From Bacteroidales bacterium (GTDB taxonomy: Bacteria > Bacteroidota > Bacteroidia > Bacteroidales > UBA3663): 64,000 nucleotides of DNA. Every line of letters starts with the position of its first letter. Position 1 is the first letter of the stretch. This document shows positions 1-10,152 of this stretch, piece after piece. The stretch lies in contig JAZQQU010000023.1 in NCBI GenBank assembly GCA_045629225.1, positions 14,257 through 78,256 of the forward strand, in the 5' to 3' direction. Both the position numbers and the translations under genes were made by a program. Under the pieces are notes generated by a model, which saw only the letters and a program-made list of their open reading frames with translations, was not told the origin of the DNA and searched no databases.

Positions 1-143
1 CCAACTCCAGGAAAAATGACTCGGTCGGCTTGACGTATCTCTGTTGGATCATCAGTGATTACTGCTTCGACTCCCAGACGCTGGCAAGCGCAGTAGACAC
101 TATAAATGTTGCCAGCGTTGTATTTGATTATTGCTACTTTCAT
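1..143 (-). CDS. hisH: Imidazole glycerol phosphate synthase glutaminase subunit (5' part; runs off window)
   Basis: Not in ORF track; reverse strand from ATG 143 reads MKVAIIKYNAGNIYSVYCACQRLGVEAVITDDPTEIRQADRVIFPGVG, the typical HisH N-terminus (YxAGN...IFPGVG). Confidence 0.9.
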   Translation of the reverse strand, partial: MKVAIIKYNAGNIYSVYCACQRLGVEAVITDDPTEIRQADRVIFPGV

Positions 144-146
144 GTA

Positions 147-3107
147 TTAATCGTTATACCAGTCAATCTTATTCGAGCGGCTGACACTCGTCTTCTCGTA
201 CTTAAGGTCAGAGAGCATTGAGCTCTTAACTGCAATATTCACGTTGAACGAAGCATACTGTCCCATAGGATTAAGCGAGGCAGTGAGAGCCCAACAGTGC
301 ATATCGCGCGTACAGTTGATATTCATGAAGGTGACTTCCCCAAGGTTAAAGTCATACGAAGCATTGAACGAGAAGTTCCAAGCCTCGGTAGGTTGAAAAG
401 TGCCTGACAGCGTAGCCGAATGTACTATCTTGTGAGGATATTCGCGCTTGTCCTTGTCGAATTTGCTTGTATCGTACTGATATCGCATCGAATATGAGAA
501 ATTGAGCGACCAAGGTAGTTTCCAGATCAAATAACCATCATCATCGTACTTACCTGTGCTCTGACTCTTCTCTTTTTTCTTTTTCTTCTTATCCTGATTA
601 CGCTGCATGCCTTCGATGCTTGTCGGATCGAGTTCCTCTTCGTCAGCAAATCCATCTTCGTCGAAGTCCAGGTCATTATCCAAGTCATCGTCATCATCAT
701 CACCCGAACCAGAACCTCGGCCAAAGAGCTTGGCCAACTTTTCATTATTCAACTGGTAACTCCAAGAGTAACCTGTATTCATGAGACGAGGCAACTTGCC
801 TGCCGACCATCGAGTCTTGTCGTAATACTTGCCCTTTGCGTCGTACATGTAGTTGTCGAACGTAGCATTCAGGTTCATCGTAGAGTTCTTGCCGAACTTG
901 AATGTAGCATTGACAGGCAATGTAGTGCTCCAGCGCATGGAGTCAGCGACGAGGTTGTAGGAGATACTTGTCGTAAGGTTATCGATGATTGATATCTTTT
1001 TATATCCCGACGAGTCCTTGTCTGTGCGAATCTTGGCTTCGATGTTGTTGGCTAAACCGAGGCTGATGCTTCCGCTGCGACCTTGCGAAGTAGTGCCGAA
1101 CTTGTATCCCTGGAAATAGGAGTACTTCACCTCCTTGCGACCGGTGACAGATGTTGAGTCAGGAACATAGTATTTGCCCCAGCTACCATACTTGGGGTCA
1201 GAGAAGTCTGGTGTATAATTGAATGAGATGGTAGGGGTCATCAAGTGTCGCACAGCCACAAGCTTTGAATTCTTCCACATTGGAGTATAGAAACCATAGA
1301 GTTTGGTATTGGCCGCCAGTGAAGAATTGAAGTTGTAAGCGTTGTAGAAGCCATAGATAGTATCTTTGGCCACACCACCCATGGTTCCATCATTGTTACG
1401 CATGCCTGGATCGTAGTACTGTTCGGTCTTGTGCGAATAAGTTCGATCAGTGAACGATAAGCTTGGTGTAATGTTGATGTACTTCAACGCAGTAAATGTA
1501 GCACTCAATGGGATGGAGTGCTGCATACCATTGTCCCAGTCTTTGATCAGACTCTTCTTCATGATCTGATCCTGCTTGCTGGTGATGTTGTTGCTGAAAC
1601 GTCCCTGATAGGTCATCGAGATCTTTTCGTACCAACGGTCTGCACCAGCCTTCACTTTGCGTTTGAAGGGGAACCATCGGCTCATCGAAAGCGAGAGATC
1701 GGGGAGCGAAACCACTAAAGTAGAGTCAGTGGTACGCTGAGTGATGCTTGTCGAAGCTGAGAGGCTCCAAAGAGAATTAGGAATCTTGTATGAAGCGTTG
1801 ATGGTCGATGACTTAGTGGACTGTGTCATCTCGGTGCTATACAACGATCGAGTGTTACTGCGCTCGAATCCAGAAGTAGTGTAGTTGACTGATGCAGAAA
1901 GAGTCAGATTCGGATTGAAACGACTGTCCTGTGAGTGGCTCCATACAACACGCATGTTATTCTGCTCGCTGTAGTCAGGCATACCCTTATCGCCAGTTTT
2001 CGAAACAAGGTAGCTGAATGAGAAATTGCCTTTGTACTTGTAGCGAACAGAGTAGCGGCTTTCGGCCGAGATGCCCCACGAACCCTTGGTGTAGAGCTCA
2101 CCCCTAAGAGACAAGTCCATGTAGTCGTTAAGAGCAAAGTAATAGCCTCCATCACGCAGATAGAGACCACGCTGCTGGTCAGCTCCATAGCTTGGCATGA
2201 GAATGCCCGAGGAATAGCTCTTGGTAAATGGGAAATAACCGAAAGGCACAGCAATAGGTAAAGGGACGTCAGCCACAACGAGGTAAGCTGGACCCGTGAC
2301 GATGTTCTTCTTTGGACGAACTCGAGCCTTCGTGAGCTGTATGTAGAAGTGCGGACACTCCACCTGGTCGCATGTTGTGTACTTGCCATTTTCGAGGAAG
2401 ATGTCGCTGTCTGGCATCTTTTTGGTGATGCCACCCGTCACGTATCCTTCGCCCTGCTGGGTCACAACGTCGCAGATATAACCCTTAGCAGTCTTGAAGT
2501 TATAGGACATGGTGCGGGTCTGGTACTCGCCAGATCGATCTTTGAAAACAGGTTTGCCCTGAAGATGACCCAATGAATCCTGTACACCATTGGCATGAAC
2601 GAGCGAGGAGTCGAGCGAAAGCTGGATGCGTTCAGCGTCAAGCTGGATGTCGTCATACGTAATTTGCGACTGGCCATAGAGCCAAGCAAGGTTGCCCATG
2701 GTGAAGACCACCGAATCCTTTGCCTTATAGTTTACGACAGCAGTCAGACCACCACCCTCCTTCTTCTTTCTTGCCGAATCGGTTGGCAGACTATCCGCAA
2801 GGGTGGCATCGGCAAGATTAGAAGTGTTCAGCACACTGTCCATCACAGCTTTGATACTGTCTGCAGGGTCATGCGAAACGTTTGAGGAATCGAAAGTGCT
2901 GACAAGACTGTCTGGCATAGCAATGCTGTCGTTCAAAGCCAAACTGTCAGCTCCGACAGGATTACTACCGAGGCCGAGGCTGTCAAGAAGTACTTGACGC
3001 ACAGATGCAGCAAAGGCTCCCCCACCGAACCATGATGGCAGCAGCAGGAGGGCCAGCAACATAGGCACGAAGCCTCGCTTAAAAATATATCTTATATGCG
3101 ATTGCAT
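147..3107 (-). CDS. lptD: Putative LPS assembly protein LptD (Bacteroidetes type)
   Basis: 986 aa; signal peptide, OstA-like N-region (YKAKDSVVF, GKYTTCD..CPHFY), beta-barrel C-region ending in DMHCW...SSMLSDLKYEK. Confidence 0.8.
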   Translation of the reverse strand: MQSHIRYIFKRGFVPMLLALLLLPSWFGGGAFAASVRQVLLDSLGLGSNPVGADSLALNDSIAMPDSLVSTFDSSNVSHDPADSIKAVMDSVLNTSNLADATLADSLPTDSARKKKEGGGLTAVVNYKAKDSVVFTMGNLAWLYGQSQITYDDIQLDAERIQLSLDSSLVHANGVQDSLGHLQGKPVFKDRSGEYQTRTMSYNFKTAKGYICDVVTQQGEGYVTGGITKKMPDSDIFLENGKYTTCDQVECPHFYIQLTKARVRPKKNIVTGPAYLVVADVPLPIAVPFGYFPFTKSYSSGILMPSYGADQQRGLYLRDGGYYFALNDYMDLSLRGELYTKGSWGISAESRYSVRYKYKGNFSFSYLVSKTGDKGMPDYSEQNNMRVVWSHSQDSRFNPNLTLSASVNYTTSGFERSNTRSLYSTEMTQSTKSSTINASYKIPNSLWSLSASTSITQRTTDSTLVVSLPDLSLSMSRWFPFKRKVKAGADRWYEKISMTYQGRFSNNITSKQDQIMKKSLIKDWDNGMQHSIPLSATFTALKYINITPSLSFTDRTYSHKTEQYYDPGMRNNDGTMGGVAKDTIYGFYNAYNFNSSLAANTKLYGFYTPMWKNSKLVAVRHLMTPTISFNYTPDFSDPKYGSWGKYYVPDSTSVTGRKEVKYSYFQGYKFGTTSQGRSGSISLGLANNIEAKIRTDKDSSGYKKISIIDNLTTSISYNLVADSMRWSTTLPVNATFKFGKNSTMNLNATFDNYMYDAKGKYYDKTRWSAGKLPRLMNTGYSWSYQLNNEKLAKLFGRGSGSGDDDDDDLDNDLDFDEDGFADEEELDPTSIEGMQRNQDKKKKKKEKSQSTGKYDDDGYLIWKLPWSLNFSYSMRYQYDTSKFDKDKREYPHKIVHSATLSGTFQPTEAWNFSFNASYDFNLGEVTFMNINCTRDMHCWALTASLNPMGQYASFNVNIAVKSSMLSDLKYEKTSVSRSNKIDWYND

Positions 3108-3225
3108 TAATTATCGTACGTAAAAACGGCGCAAAGATAGTTTTTTTTTCGCAAAATTCCAAATATTTTATATCTTTTTTGCGTTTTCGCGTTCAAATCA
3201 CATAATTTTAATACACACGTGACAC

Positions 3226-5343
3226 TTACAGATTATCAAAAGGTAGTCTCCAGGTACAACCTGTTTTCCAATTGGCGCATCCGTAAGCAGTTTTTCCTTG
3301 CAGCACCTGACCACCACACAAGGGGCATACTGCAGGAACTTGCTGCACTGTCTGATTGTCTGCTTTCGTTGTCTTGTCGTTTGCTGCAGGTTGTTTTTTC
3401 TTTCGGGATGCCCTTTTCGGTTTCTCAATACCGGCTGCAGCATCTGCTGCTCGTTTCTCAGCAGCTGCCGCTTTCTTTTCGGCTGCTATTCGCTTCTTTT
3501 CCTCTTCAGGATCCACATAGGCTACCTGACGGTTTGTATTGTCGCTCATCACACTACGTATGATTTCCATCACCATCTGCTTCAGCTCGTCGATGAATTG
3601 TGAGGCCTCGTATTGCCCCTTTTCAATCATACGAAGCTTCTTTTCCCACTGTCCTGTCAGCTCTGGACTCTTGAGCAGTTCTTCGTGGATCACTTGTATC
3701 ACGTCGATGCCTGTCTGCGTAGCAATGAGATTCTTCTTGTCGCGTCGTATGTAGCGACGTTTGATCAAGGTCTCGATGATTGCAGCACGCGTCGAAGGTC
3801 TGCCAATGCCATTCTCCTTCATAGCATCACGCAACTCCTCGTCTTCGCATTGTTTGCCAGCAGTTTCCATAGCACGAATCAGCAACGCCTCGTTATAAGG
3901 CTTTGGTGGTTGTGTCCACTTCTCAAGCAACGATGGTGTGTGCGGTCCTGTTTCGCCAATCGTGAAATCTGGCAACAGTGAGCCCCCCTCTTTTTCTTCG
4001 TCCTCATCCTTTTGGTCACTATAGATCACCCGCCATCCTGGATTGGTAATCAGTTTGCCAGTGGCCTTGAACTGAACCTTTGCTGCCTCGCCCAGAACGG
4101 TCGTGGTGTCGAACTGACAGTCAGGGTAGAACACAGAAATGAAGCGTCGTGTAATCAGATCAAATACCTGTCGCTCCATCTGAGTCAAAGCCATAGGAGG
4201 CACACCGGTTGGAATGATGGCGTGGTGGTCTGTGACTTTACTATTGTCAAACACGTTCTTTGACTTCAGCAGCTTCTTATTTGTGGTGAGCAATGGTTGA
4301 GTAAATACCTCGTAACCACGTAGTCCTTGCAGAATACTCGGACACTTCGGGTAGACGTCATCAGGAAGATAGGTTGTATCAACACGAGGGTAGGTTGCAA
4401 CCTTCTTTTCGTAGAGCGACTGTATCTGTTGCAGTGTCTGTTCGGCCGTGAATCCGAACTTGCGATTGCAATCGACCTGAAGTGAAGAGAGGTCGTACAG
4501 ACGTTTTGGTGACTCTTTGCCCGACTTCTTCTGCACATCGACAATGGTGAATGGCTCCTGGCTGATAGCCTCCATAGCTATCTGTGCCTCCTCAATCTTT
4601 TCGTAGCGACCCTTTGTGCTGCTGAAGGTTACGTCACGGTATAGTGTCTTCAACTCCCAATACTGCTGGGGCTGGAAGTTCACAATCTCAAAGTGACGCT
4701 TGACAATCATGGCAAGTGTCGGGGTCTGCACTCGACCAATGGAGATGACCTGACGAGCACTTGTCTGAGCATAACGAAGTGTGTAGAGACGAGTGGCGTT
4801 CATGCCCAACAACCAGTCGCCAATGGCACGGCTCAAGCCAGCCAGATAGAGGCGTTCATACTTCTGCTGAAGTTCAAGATGTGCAAAACCTTCGCGTATG
4901 GCATCGTCGGTCATCGAGTTGATCCATAGACGGTAGATGGGAATTTGTCCTGCACGTTCTCTGTCTGTGGCACCTGCTTTCTGCATCACCCAACGCTGTA
5001 TCAGCTCTCCCTCCTGGCCGGCATCACCACAGTTGATGATGCACTCTGCGTCATTATAGAGTCTCTGGATGACCTCGAATTGCTGCTTCACCATGTCATC
5101 TTCCTTGAGCGTGATGCCAAAACGCTGTGGCATGATAGGGAGCCAGACAAGGCTCCATGCCTTCCATCGCTGGTCATATTCCTCAGGATTCTTCAGCTCG
5201 CACAGGTGACCAAAGGTCCAGGTGACCTGATATCCGTTGCCTTCCCACCAGCCTACGGCACCGCGACCTTGTCGCTTATTTGCCCCCAAAATCTGGGCAA
5301 TGCTTTGGGCTACGCTGGGTTTCTCTGCAATACAGACTTTCAT
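3226..5343 (-). CDS. topB: DNA topoisomerase III (type IA)
   Basis: IAEKPSVA TOPRIM, DAGQEGELI, GRVQTPTL, catalytic TYPRVD, GIGRPSTRA, C-terminal Zn ribbon CPLC. Confidence 0.95.
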   Translation of the reverse strand: MKVCIAEKPSVAQSIAQILGANKRQGRGAVGWWEGNGYQVTWTFGHLCELKNPEEYDQRWKAWSLVWLPIMPQRFGITLKEDDMVKQQFEVIQRLYNDAECIINCGDAGQEGELIQRWVMQKAGATDRERAGQIPIYRLWINSMTDDAIREGFAHLELQQKYERLYLAGLSRAIGDWLLGMNATRLYTLRYAQTSARQVISIGRVQTPTLAMIVKRHFEIVNFQPQQYWELKTLYRDVTFSSTKGRYEKIEEAQIAMEAISQEPFTIVDVQKKSGKESPKRLYDLSSLQVDCNRKFGFTAEQTLQQIQSLYEKKVATYPRVDTTYLPDDVYPKCPSILQGLRGYEVFTQPLLTTNKKLLKSKNVFDNSKVTDHHAIIPTGVPPMALTQMERQVFDLITRRFISVFYPDCQFDTTTVLGEAAKVQFKATGKLITNPGWRVIYSDQKDEDEEKEGGSLLPDFTIGETGPHTPSLLEKWTQPPKPYNEALLIRAMETAGKQCEDEELRDAMKENGIGRPSTRAAIIETLIKRRYIRRDKKNLIATQTGIDVIQVIHEELLKSPELTGQWEKKLRMIEKGQYEASQFIDELKQMVMEIIRSVMSDNTNRQVAYVDPEEEKKRIAAEKKAAAAEKRAADAAAGIEKPKRASRKKKQPAANDKTTKADNQTVQQVPAVCPLCGGQVLQGKTAYGCANWKTGCTWRLPFDNL

Positions 5344-5465
5344 CTATTCAGTGTTATTTTATTTCAAGTATGGTGATAAGCTCCCATAGAGTATAGATTA
5401 TCTTCTTGATGTCAAAAATAATCTATTGTATCTGCTCAAACAGTTAGGCAGGAATAATAATAATT

Positions 5466-5690
5466 AATTGTGAACCCACAAAAACTTGCCAGAAACGCTG
5501 GCGAAAAATTGTGGACACACAAAGGTTTGCCAGAAACGCTGGTAAAGAATTGTGGACACACAAAGGTCTGCCATAAACGCTGGTCAAAGCATTGTGGATA
5601 CACAAAGGCCTGTCAGAAACGCTGGCTGAGATTTGTGGACACACAATGAGCTGACAGAAACTCTGGCAAGCAATTGTGGAAGAACAACGC
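5466..5690 (+). repeat. 41-bp-period tandem array 1 (about 5.4 units)
   Basis: Units start 5466, 5507, 5548, 5590, 5631, 5672; consensus AATTGTGGACACACAAAGGTyTGCCAGAAACGCTGGyaAAg with palindromes TTGTG-N4-CACAA and GCCAG-N5-CTGG. Confidence 0.9.
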
Positions 5691-5814
5691 ATCAACGAAG
5701 ACCTTTGGGGAACTAATCACCACGCAATACAATATATGACTTTGTGTAGATAGTTTTTAGATTATTTGCAAATGTGAAATGGCGTAAAAAGACCTCATTT
5801 CGCAAAAAATCGGG

Positions 5815-5876
5815 TGCAAAGATAAAGAATTTTTGGTAAAGTTGTACACTTTTGAGAAAAAATAATTATCTTTGCA
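5815..5876. promoter_or_regulatory. Divergent Bacteroidetes sigma-A -7 elements (topB / DUF4254 operon)
   Basis: TATCTTTGCA on minus strand at 5815-5824 and on plus strand at 5867-5876, matching TAnnTTTG. Confidence 0.65.
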
Positions 5877-5909
5877 CCAAATTTTGACTTTAACATATAA
5901 TTATATAAT

Positions 5910-6518
5910 ATGAAATTCACCGAACTTTGTGACGGCATCTTTAAGCAGTCGATTGCCGACTACCACAAGACTGATAACGTCGATACCCCTATCCAGAATC
6001 CCTTCGAGCAGGGTACCATTGAGTTCTTCCTTTACTTGAAGAACTGGATTGACACAGTGCAGTGGCACTTTGAGGACATTATTCGCGATCCAGAGATTGA
6101 TCCGTCTGCTGCCCTTGTGCTGAAACGCCGCATTGACAAGTCAAATCAGGATCGTACCGATCTGGTTGAGATGATCGATTCCTATTTCCTTGACACCTAT
6201 AAGAACGTTAAGGTGGCTGCAGGTGCTACCATCAATACCGAGTCGCCTGCTTGGGCTATCGATCGTTTGTCAATCCTCTATCTGAAGATCTATCACATGC
6301 AGGTTGAGGTGGATCGTACGGACGTTTCTGCTGAGCACCATGACAAGTGCCAACAGAAGCTTAATGTACTCCTCACCCAACATGAAGACCTCACCACAGC
6401 TATCAGCCAGCTTCTGGACGATATCGATGCAGGTCGTAAGTACATGAAAGTCTATAAGCAGATGAAGATGTACAACGATCCTAATCTCAATCCTGTGCTT
6501 TACGCCAACACTAAGTGA
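5910..6518 (+). CDS. DUF4254 domain protein
   Basis: WIDTVQWHFEDIIRDP...IDKSNQDRTDLVE...ESPAWAIDRLSIL motifs; adjacent to a GT9 gene. Confidence 0.85.
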   Translation: MKFTELCDGIFKQSIADYHKTDNVDTPIQNPFEQGTIEFFLYLKNWIDTVQWHFEDIIRDPEIDPSAALVLKRRIDKSNQDRTDLVEMIDSYFLDTYKNVKVAAGATINTESPAWAIDRLSILYLKIYHMQVEVDRTDVSAEHHDKCQQKLNVLLTQHEDLTTAISQLLDDIDAGRKYMKVYKQMKMYNDPNLNPVLYANTK

Positions 6519-7546
6519 TAGTCGGTCAGAACTCTATGGCAGGAATTCGCAAACTTCTGGTAATTCGCTTGAGTGCATTGGGCGACGTCTGTATGACGTT
6601 GCCCGTTCTTGATTCTCTGTGTAGGGCGTACCCTCAGATTGAAGTGACACTGCTCACCAGCAAGATAGCGACCCGTGTGGCTTCGACCATTATCCATTGC
6701 CCTAACCTGAAGCTTTTGGCTTTCAACAAGAATGACTACAAAGGCTTAAGTGGCTTGAATCGCTTGTATTATGAACTGCATTCCATGGGATTCGATGCTC
6801 TTGCCGACCTGCACGACGTGCTTCGTACCAAATGGGTAAGAACCCGTTTTCGCCTTGCAGGTACATTAGTCAAGGTCATTGACAAAGGCAGAGCCGAGAA
6901 GAAGGCACTGGTGGCTCATAAGACACAGCAGCAGCTCAAGAGTGGCTTTGAGCGTTATCAGCAAGTGTTTGCCGAATTGGGTTTGCCATTTGAACTTGAC
7001 TATGATGGCCGACGTGTAGCGCAGTCTCTCGAAGAGCCTGATATGTTTATACCAAAAGGTTCCATAGGCATTGCTCCCTTTGCTCAGCATCAGGGCAAGA
7101 TCTATCCTACTGTACAGATGTGCAGACTCATTGACTTGATCCTTGAGCGTTGCCCCGATCGTCATGTCTATCTGTTTGGAGGACACGAAGAGGCTTCAAC
7201 TCTCGAACAGTGGTGTCAGAAGTCGCCCGAACATGTTCATAATCTGGCTGGAACTCAAGGCATAGATATGGACTTGAGAGTGATGTCCCGATTACAGGTG
7301 ATGATCTCAATGGATTCGGCCAACATGCATCTGGCTTCGCTTGTCGGCCTGCGCTGCATCTCTGTGTGGGGGGCCACGCACCAATATGCAGGTTTTCTTG
7401 GTTATAGACAGCAGAAAGAGGATTGCATAGAGCTTCCACTTGCCTGTCGTCCCTGTTCGGTCTATGGAAATAAGCCCTGCAAATTTGGTGACTTCAGATG
7501 CATTGCTGGCATTGAACCGGAGATGATACTCCAGAGAATTCTCTGA
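6515..7546 (+). CDS. Glycosyltransferase family 9 (ADP-heptose:LPS heptosyltransferase-like)
   Basis: IRLSALGDV, DLH, MDSANMHLAS, WGAT, CRPCSVYGNKPC motifs. Confidence 0.9.
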   Translation: MIVGQNSMAGIRKLLVIRLSALGDVCMTLPVLDSLCRAYPQIEVTLLTSKIATRVASTIIHCPNLKLLAFNKNDYKGLSGLNRLYYELHSMGFDALADLHDVLRTKWVRTRFRLAGTLVKVIDKGRAEKKALVAHKTQQQLKSGFERYQQVFAELGLPFELDYDGRRVAQSLEEPDMFIPKGSIGIAPFAQHQGKIYPTVQMCRLIDLILERCPDRHVYLFGGHEEASTLEQWCQKSPEHVHNLAGTQGIDMDLRVMSRLQVMISMDSANMHLASLVGLRCISVWGATHQYAGFLGYRQQKEDCIELPLACRPCSVYGNKPCKFGDFRCIAGIEPEMILQRIL

Positions 7547-7600
7547 TCGAAGTCTTTAATAGGTTTCCCCCACTATTGTCCACAAATTAGTCACTGACAC

Positions 7601-8290
7601 ATGAAGATCTACATTGCCGAAGATGAACCGCTGGCATCTGCCAAACTTAAGTTATTCCTTGAGAAGGCAGGAGTCATTGCTGATATCTCCATCTACGGCG
7701 ATGGCATAAAACTCAAGCAGGCTATTGAGCAGCAGGGACTTCCGGACATTATCTTCCTCGATATACAGATGCCCAACCTCACGGGGTTGCAGTTCTTGCA
7801 GGATCTGCGCAAGCAGCAACTGTACTCTAATCATCACACTGACATCATCATTACCTCGGCTTACGACCAGTACGCTATTGATGGGTTCAACTTCGGTGTT
7901 ACAGATTATCTGCTCAAACCCTATACGCTCGATCGTTTGCGTCAGGCATTGGCTAAGGTTCGAGTTGAGCAAGCTGTGCTCAATATTCGAGCTGATGGCA
8001 GGAACGAGATAGTGAACATTGCTGACATAGTTTGCCTCGAGGCATTGAAGGACTATACCCGCCTCTCGTTAACTGATGGACGCATCATTACCACTTTGGG
8101 TACGTTGTCCAGCTTCGAACAGCAGTTGCCAAGTTCTCGGTTTACTCGCATTCAGCGATCTTATATTATTGGCATCGAGCACATACGCAGTTATAGTTCA
8201 CAATCAGTAGTTCTGACTACTGGAGCTGAAGTCCCCATTGGCAAGACATTTCGCGAATCATTTGAATCATCAATCAACCATAAACGATGA
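7601..8290 (+). CDS. LytR/AlgR-family response regulator (REC + LytTR)
   Basis: EDE, FLDIQMP, SAYDQYA, DYLLKP receiver motifs; FTRIQRSYII LytTR motif; no adjacent kinase. Confidence 0.92.
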   Translation: MKIYIAEDEPLASAKLKLFLEKAGVIADISIYGDGIKLKQAIEQQGLPDIIFLDIQMPNLTGLQFLQDLRKQQLYSNHHTDIIITSAYDQYAIDGFNFGVTDYLLKPYTLDRLRQALAKVRVEQAVLNIRADGRNEIVNIADIVCLEALKDYTRLSLTDGRIITTLGTLSSFEQQLPSSRFTRIQRSYIIGIEHIRSYSSQSVVLTTGAEVPIGKTFRESFESSINHKR

Positions 8291-9960
8291 ATATCCTGAC
8301 ACTCATTGGCTCCATTGGACTTTTTCTATTTGCCATGCAACTCATCAGCGAAAGCCTACAGAAGCTGGCAGGTGAACCCTTGCGCCATATTTTGTCGGCC
8401 ATAAAGGGCAATGTGCTCATGGGGATGCTGACGGGTCTTGGTGTCACGGCTTTGGTTCAGTCGTCGTCGGCAGTGACGGTCATGGCTGTTTCTTTTGTCA
8501 ACTCGGGACTGATCACGCTCTCGCAATCCATGGCTATGATTATGGGTGCCAACATTGGCACTACCATTACTGGCTGGATTATTGCTGGCATGGGTTTCAG
8601 TTTCGATGCACTCCATCTGGCCTTTCCGCTTGCTGCCTTTACGCTGCTGTTTTTTTCTTCTCGACGTAGCCGGGTATTATCGATTGGTGAACTTATCTTA
8701 GGCTTTTCGCTGCTCTTCATTAGTTTGTCAACTATGCAGACAGCATTTTTTGACCTTGACGGCCTGTGGTTACATCACCTGCTCTCTTCTGGTGGGCTGC
8801 TCCATTGGGTTTCAATATTTCTCGTGTTGCTCTGTGGCCTTATACTCACGTTGTTAGTCCGTTCGTCAAGCGCTGCCTTTGCACTATTCCTGCTCATGTG
8901 CACCAATGGTTGGATTTCTTTTGAACTTGCCTGTGCCCTGATAGTCATTGCCAACATAGGCACCTGCCTCCCTCCCATCCTTGCTTCACGCCAAGGCAAT
9001 GCAATGGCTCACCGTGCTGCATTCTGGCATCTGTTTTTCAACTGCTTTGGCATGGTATGGGCGCTGTTACTGCTTCTGTTCTGTGCTTCATTTTTGTCTG
9101 ACGTTTGTGTTAGCCTCGGTTTTGACGATCCTCATACTGCTTCCGGAGCACCCTTATCATTGGCATTATTCCACACATTGTTCAATCTCATTACTACTTG
9201 TCTGCTGCTTCCCTTTACACACCGTCTTGCAGAACATGCTGCAGGAAAGATAAACTTCAGTGATGTTGATGGGCAAAAAGCCTTCAATTTGCAATTTCTC
9301 TCGTCTGGACTTATATCTTCAGGCGAATTGGCTTTAGCACAAGTTCGCAAGGAGACTTCACGTTACAGCGAAGAGACGTACCAGATGTTTCTCAAGGTAC
9401 GCACCATGCTTGCTGAGCCATTGGGGTCTGAACGTCAACTCCAACTCAACGATGAGATCAGACAACTTGAAGAGGAGAGCGACCGTGCCGAAGTTGAGAT
9501 TGCTGATTTCCTCAATAAGATTTCGCCAAAATCATTGTCGCAACAAGGCGAAATGCTGAGTCGCAACCTCTATAAGATAGTCGATGAACTTGAATCGATT
9601 GCAGATTCGATCTATCATATCTCTGCCACGCTCTATGCAAAGAGCGAACAGCGTGTCCGCTTCAGTAATGAGCTGAACGCCAACGTCACCAAAATGTTTG
9701 ACCTCACTGACGATGCCCTTCAGCACATGGTCAAAGTGCTTTCCATGGAGGATGTACCACCCAATGCCCTCAACAAAGCTTATAACTTCGAGGACGAGAT
9801 CAATAATTTCCGCAATCTGTTTCGCAATACAGTGCTAGATCAGTTTGACCGTCAGGAAGTGGAATACCAACAGAGTACGTTCTTCATGATGCTGATCAAC
9901 GAATGCGAGAAGATTGGCGACTATGTGATCAATGTTGTCACTGCTGCATGCGAAAAATAA
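8287..9960 (+). CDS. Na/Pi cotransporter family protein with PhoU-like C-terminal domains
   Basis: QSSSAVT...GANIGTT repeat, multiple TM helices, ELESIAD/ECEKIGD PhoU-like motifs. Confidence 0.9.
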   Translation: MNILTLIGSIGLFLFAMQLISESLQKLAGEPLRHILSAIKGNVLMGMLTGLGVTALVQSSSAVTVMAVSFVNSGLITLSQSMAMIMGANIGTTITGWIIAGMGFSFDALHLAFPLAAFTLLFFSSRRSRVLSIGELILGFSLLFISLSTMQTAFFDLDGLWLHHLLSSGGLLHWVSIFLVLLCGLILTLLVRSSSAAFALFLLMCTNGWISFELACALIVIANIGTCLPPILASRQGNAMAHRAAFWHLFFNCFGMVWALLLLLFCASFLSDVCVSLGFDDPHTASGAPLSLALFHTLFNLITTCLLLPFTHRLAEHAAGKINFSDVDGQKAFNLQFLSSGLISSGELALAQVRKETSRYSEETYQMFLKVRTMLAEPLGSERQLQLNDEIRQLEEESDRAEVEIADFLNKISPKSLSQQGEMLSRNLYKIVDELESIADSIYHISATLYAKSEQRVRFSNELNANVTKMFDLTDDALQHMVKVLSMEDVPPNALNKAYNFEDEINNFRNLFRNTVLDQFDRQEVEYQQSTFFMMLINECEKIGDYVINVVTAACEK

Positions 9961-10152
9961 GAAATTGGATTATTAGGTTGTTGGGGTTTGAGGTCGATAG
10001 GACTTTTTTCATGTGGTCTCAAGGTTATGAGGATTTGAGTTCGAATTATATTAGTTTACCACTTAAACTTATATTCCATTTTAACCTGACGACCTCCGAA
10101 CCTACAACTATTCGCTAGTACGATAGATGAATAATGAATAAAAAACAATATA

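Noticed and set aside
5466-5690. TTGTGGA words as a DnaA-box cluster (oriC)
   Set aside because: Mostly only 7-8 of 9 matches, embedded in palindromes, repeated at 36.5 kb and absent from array 3
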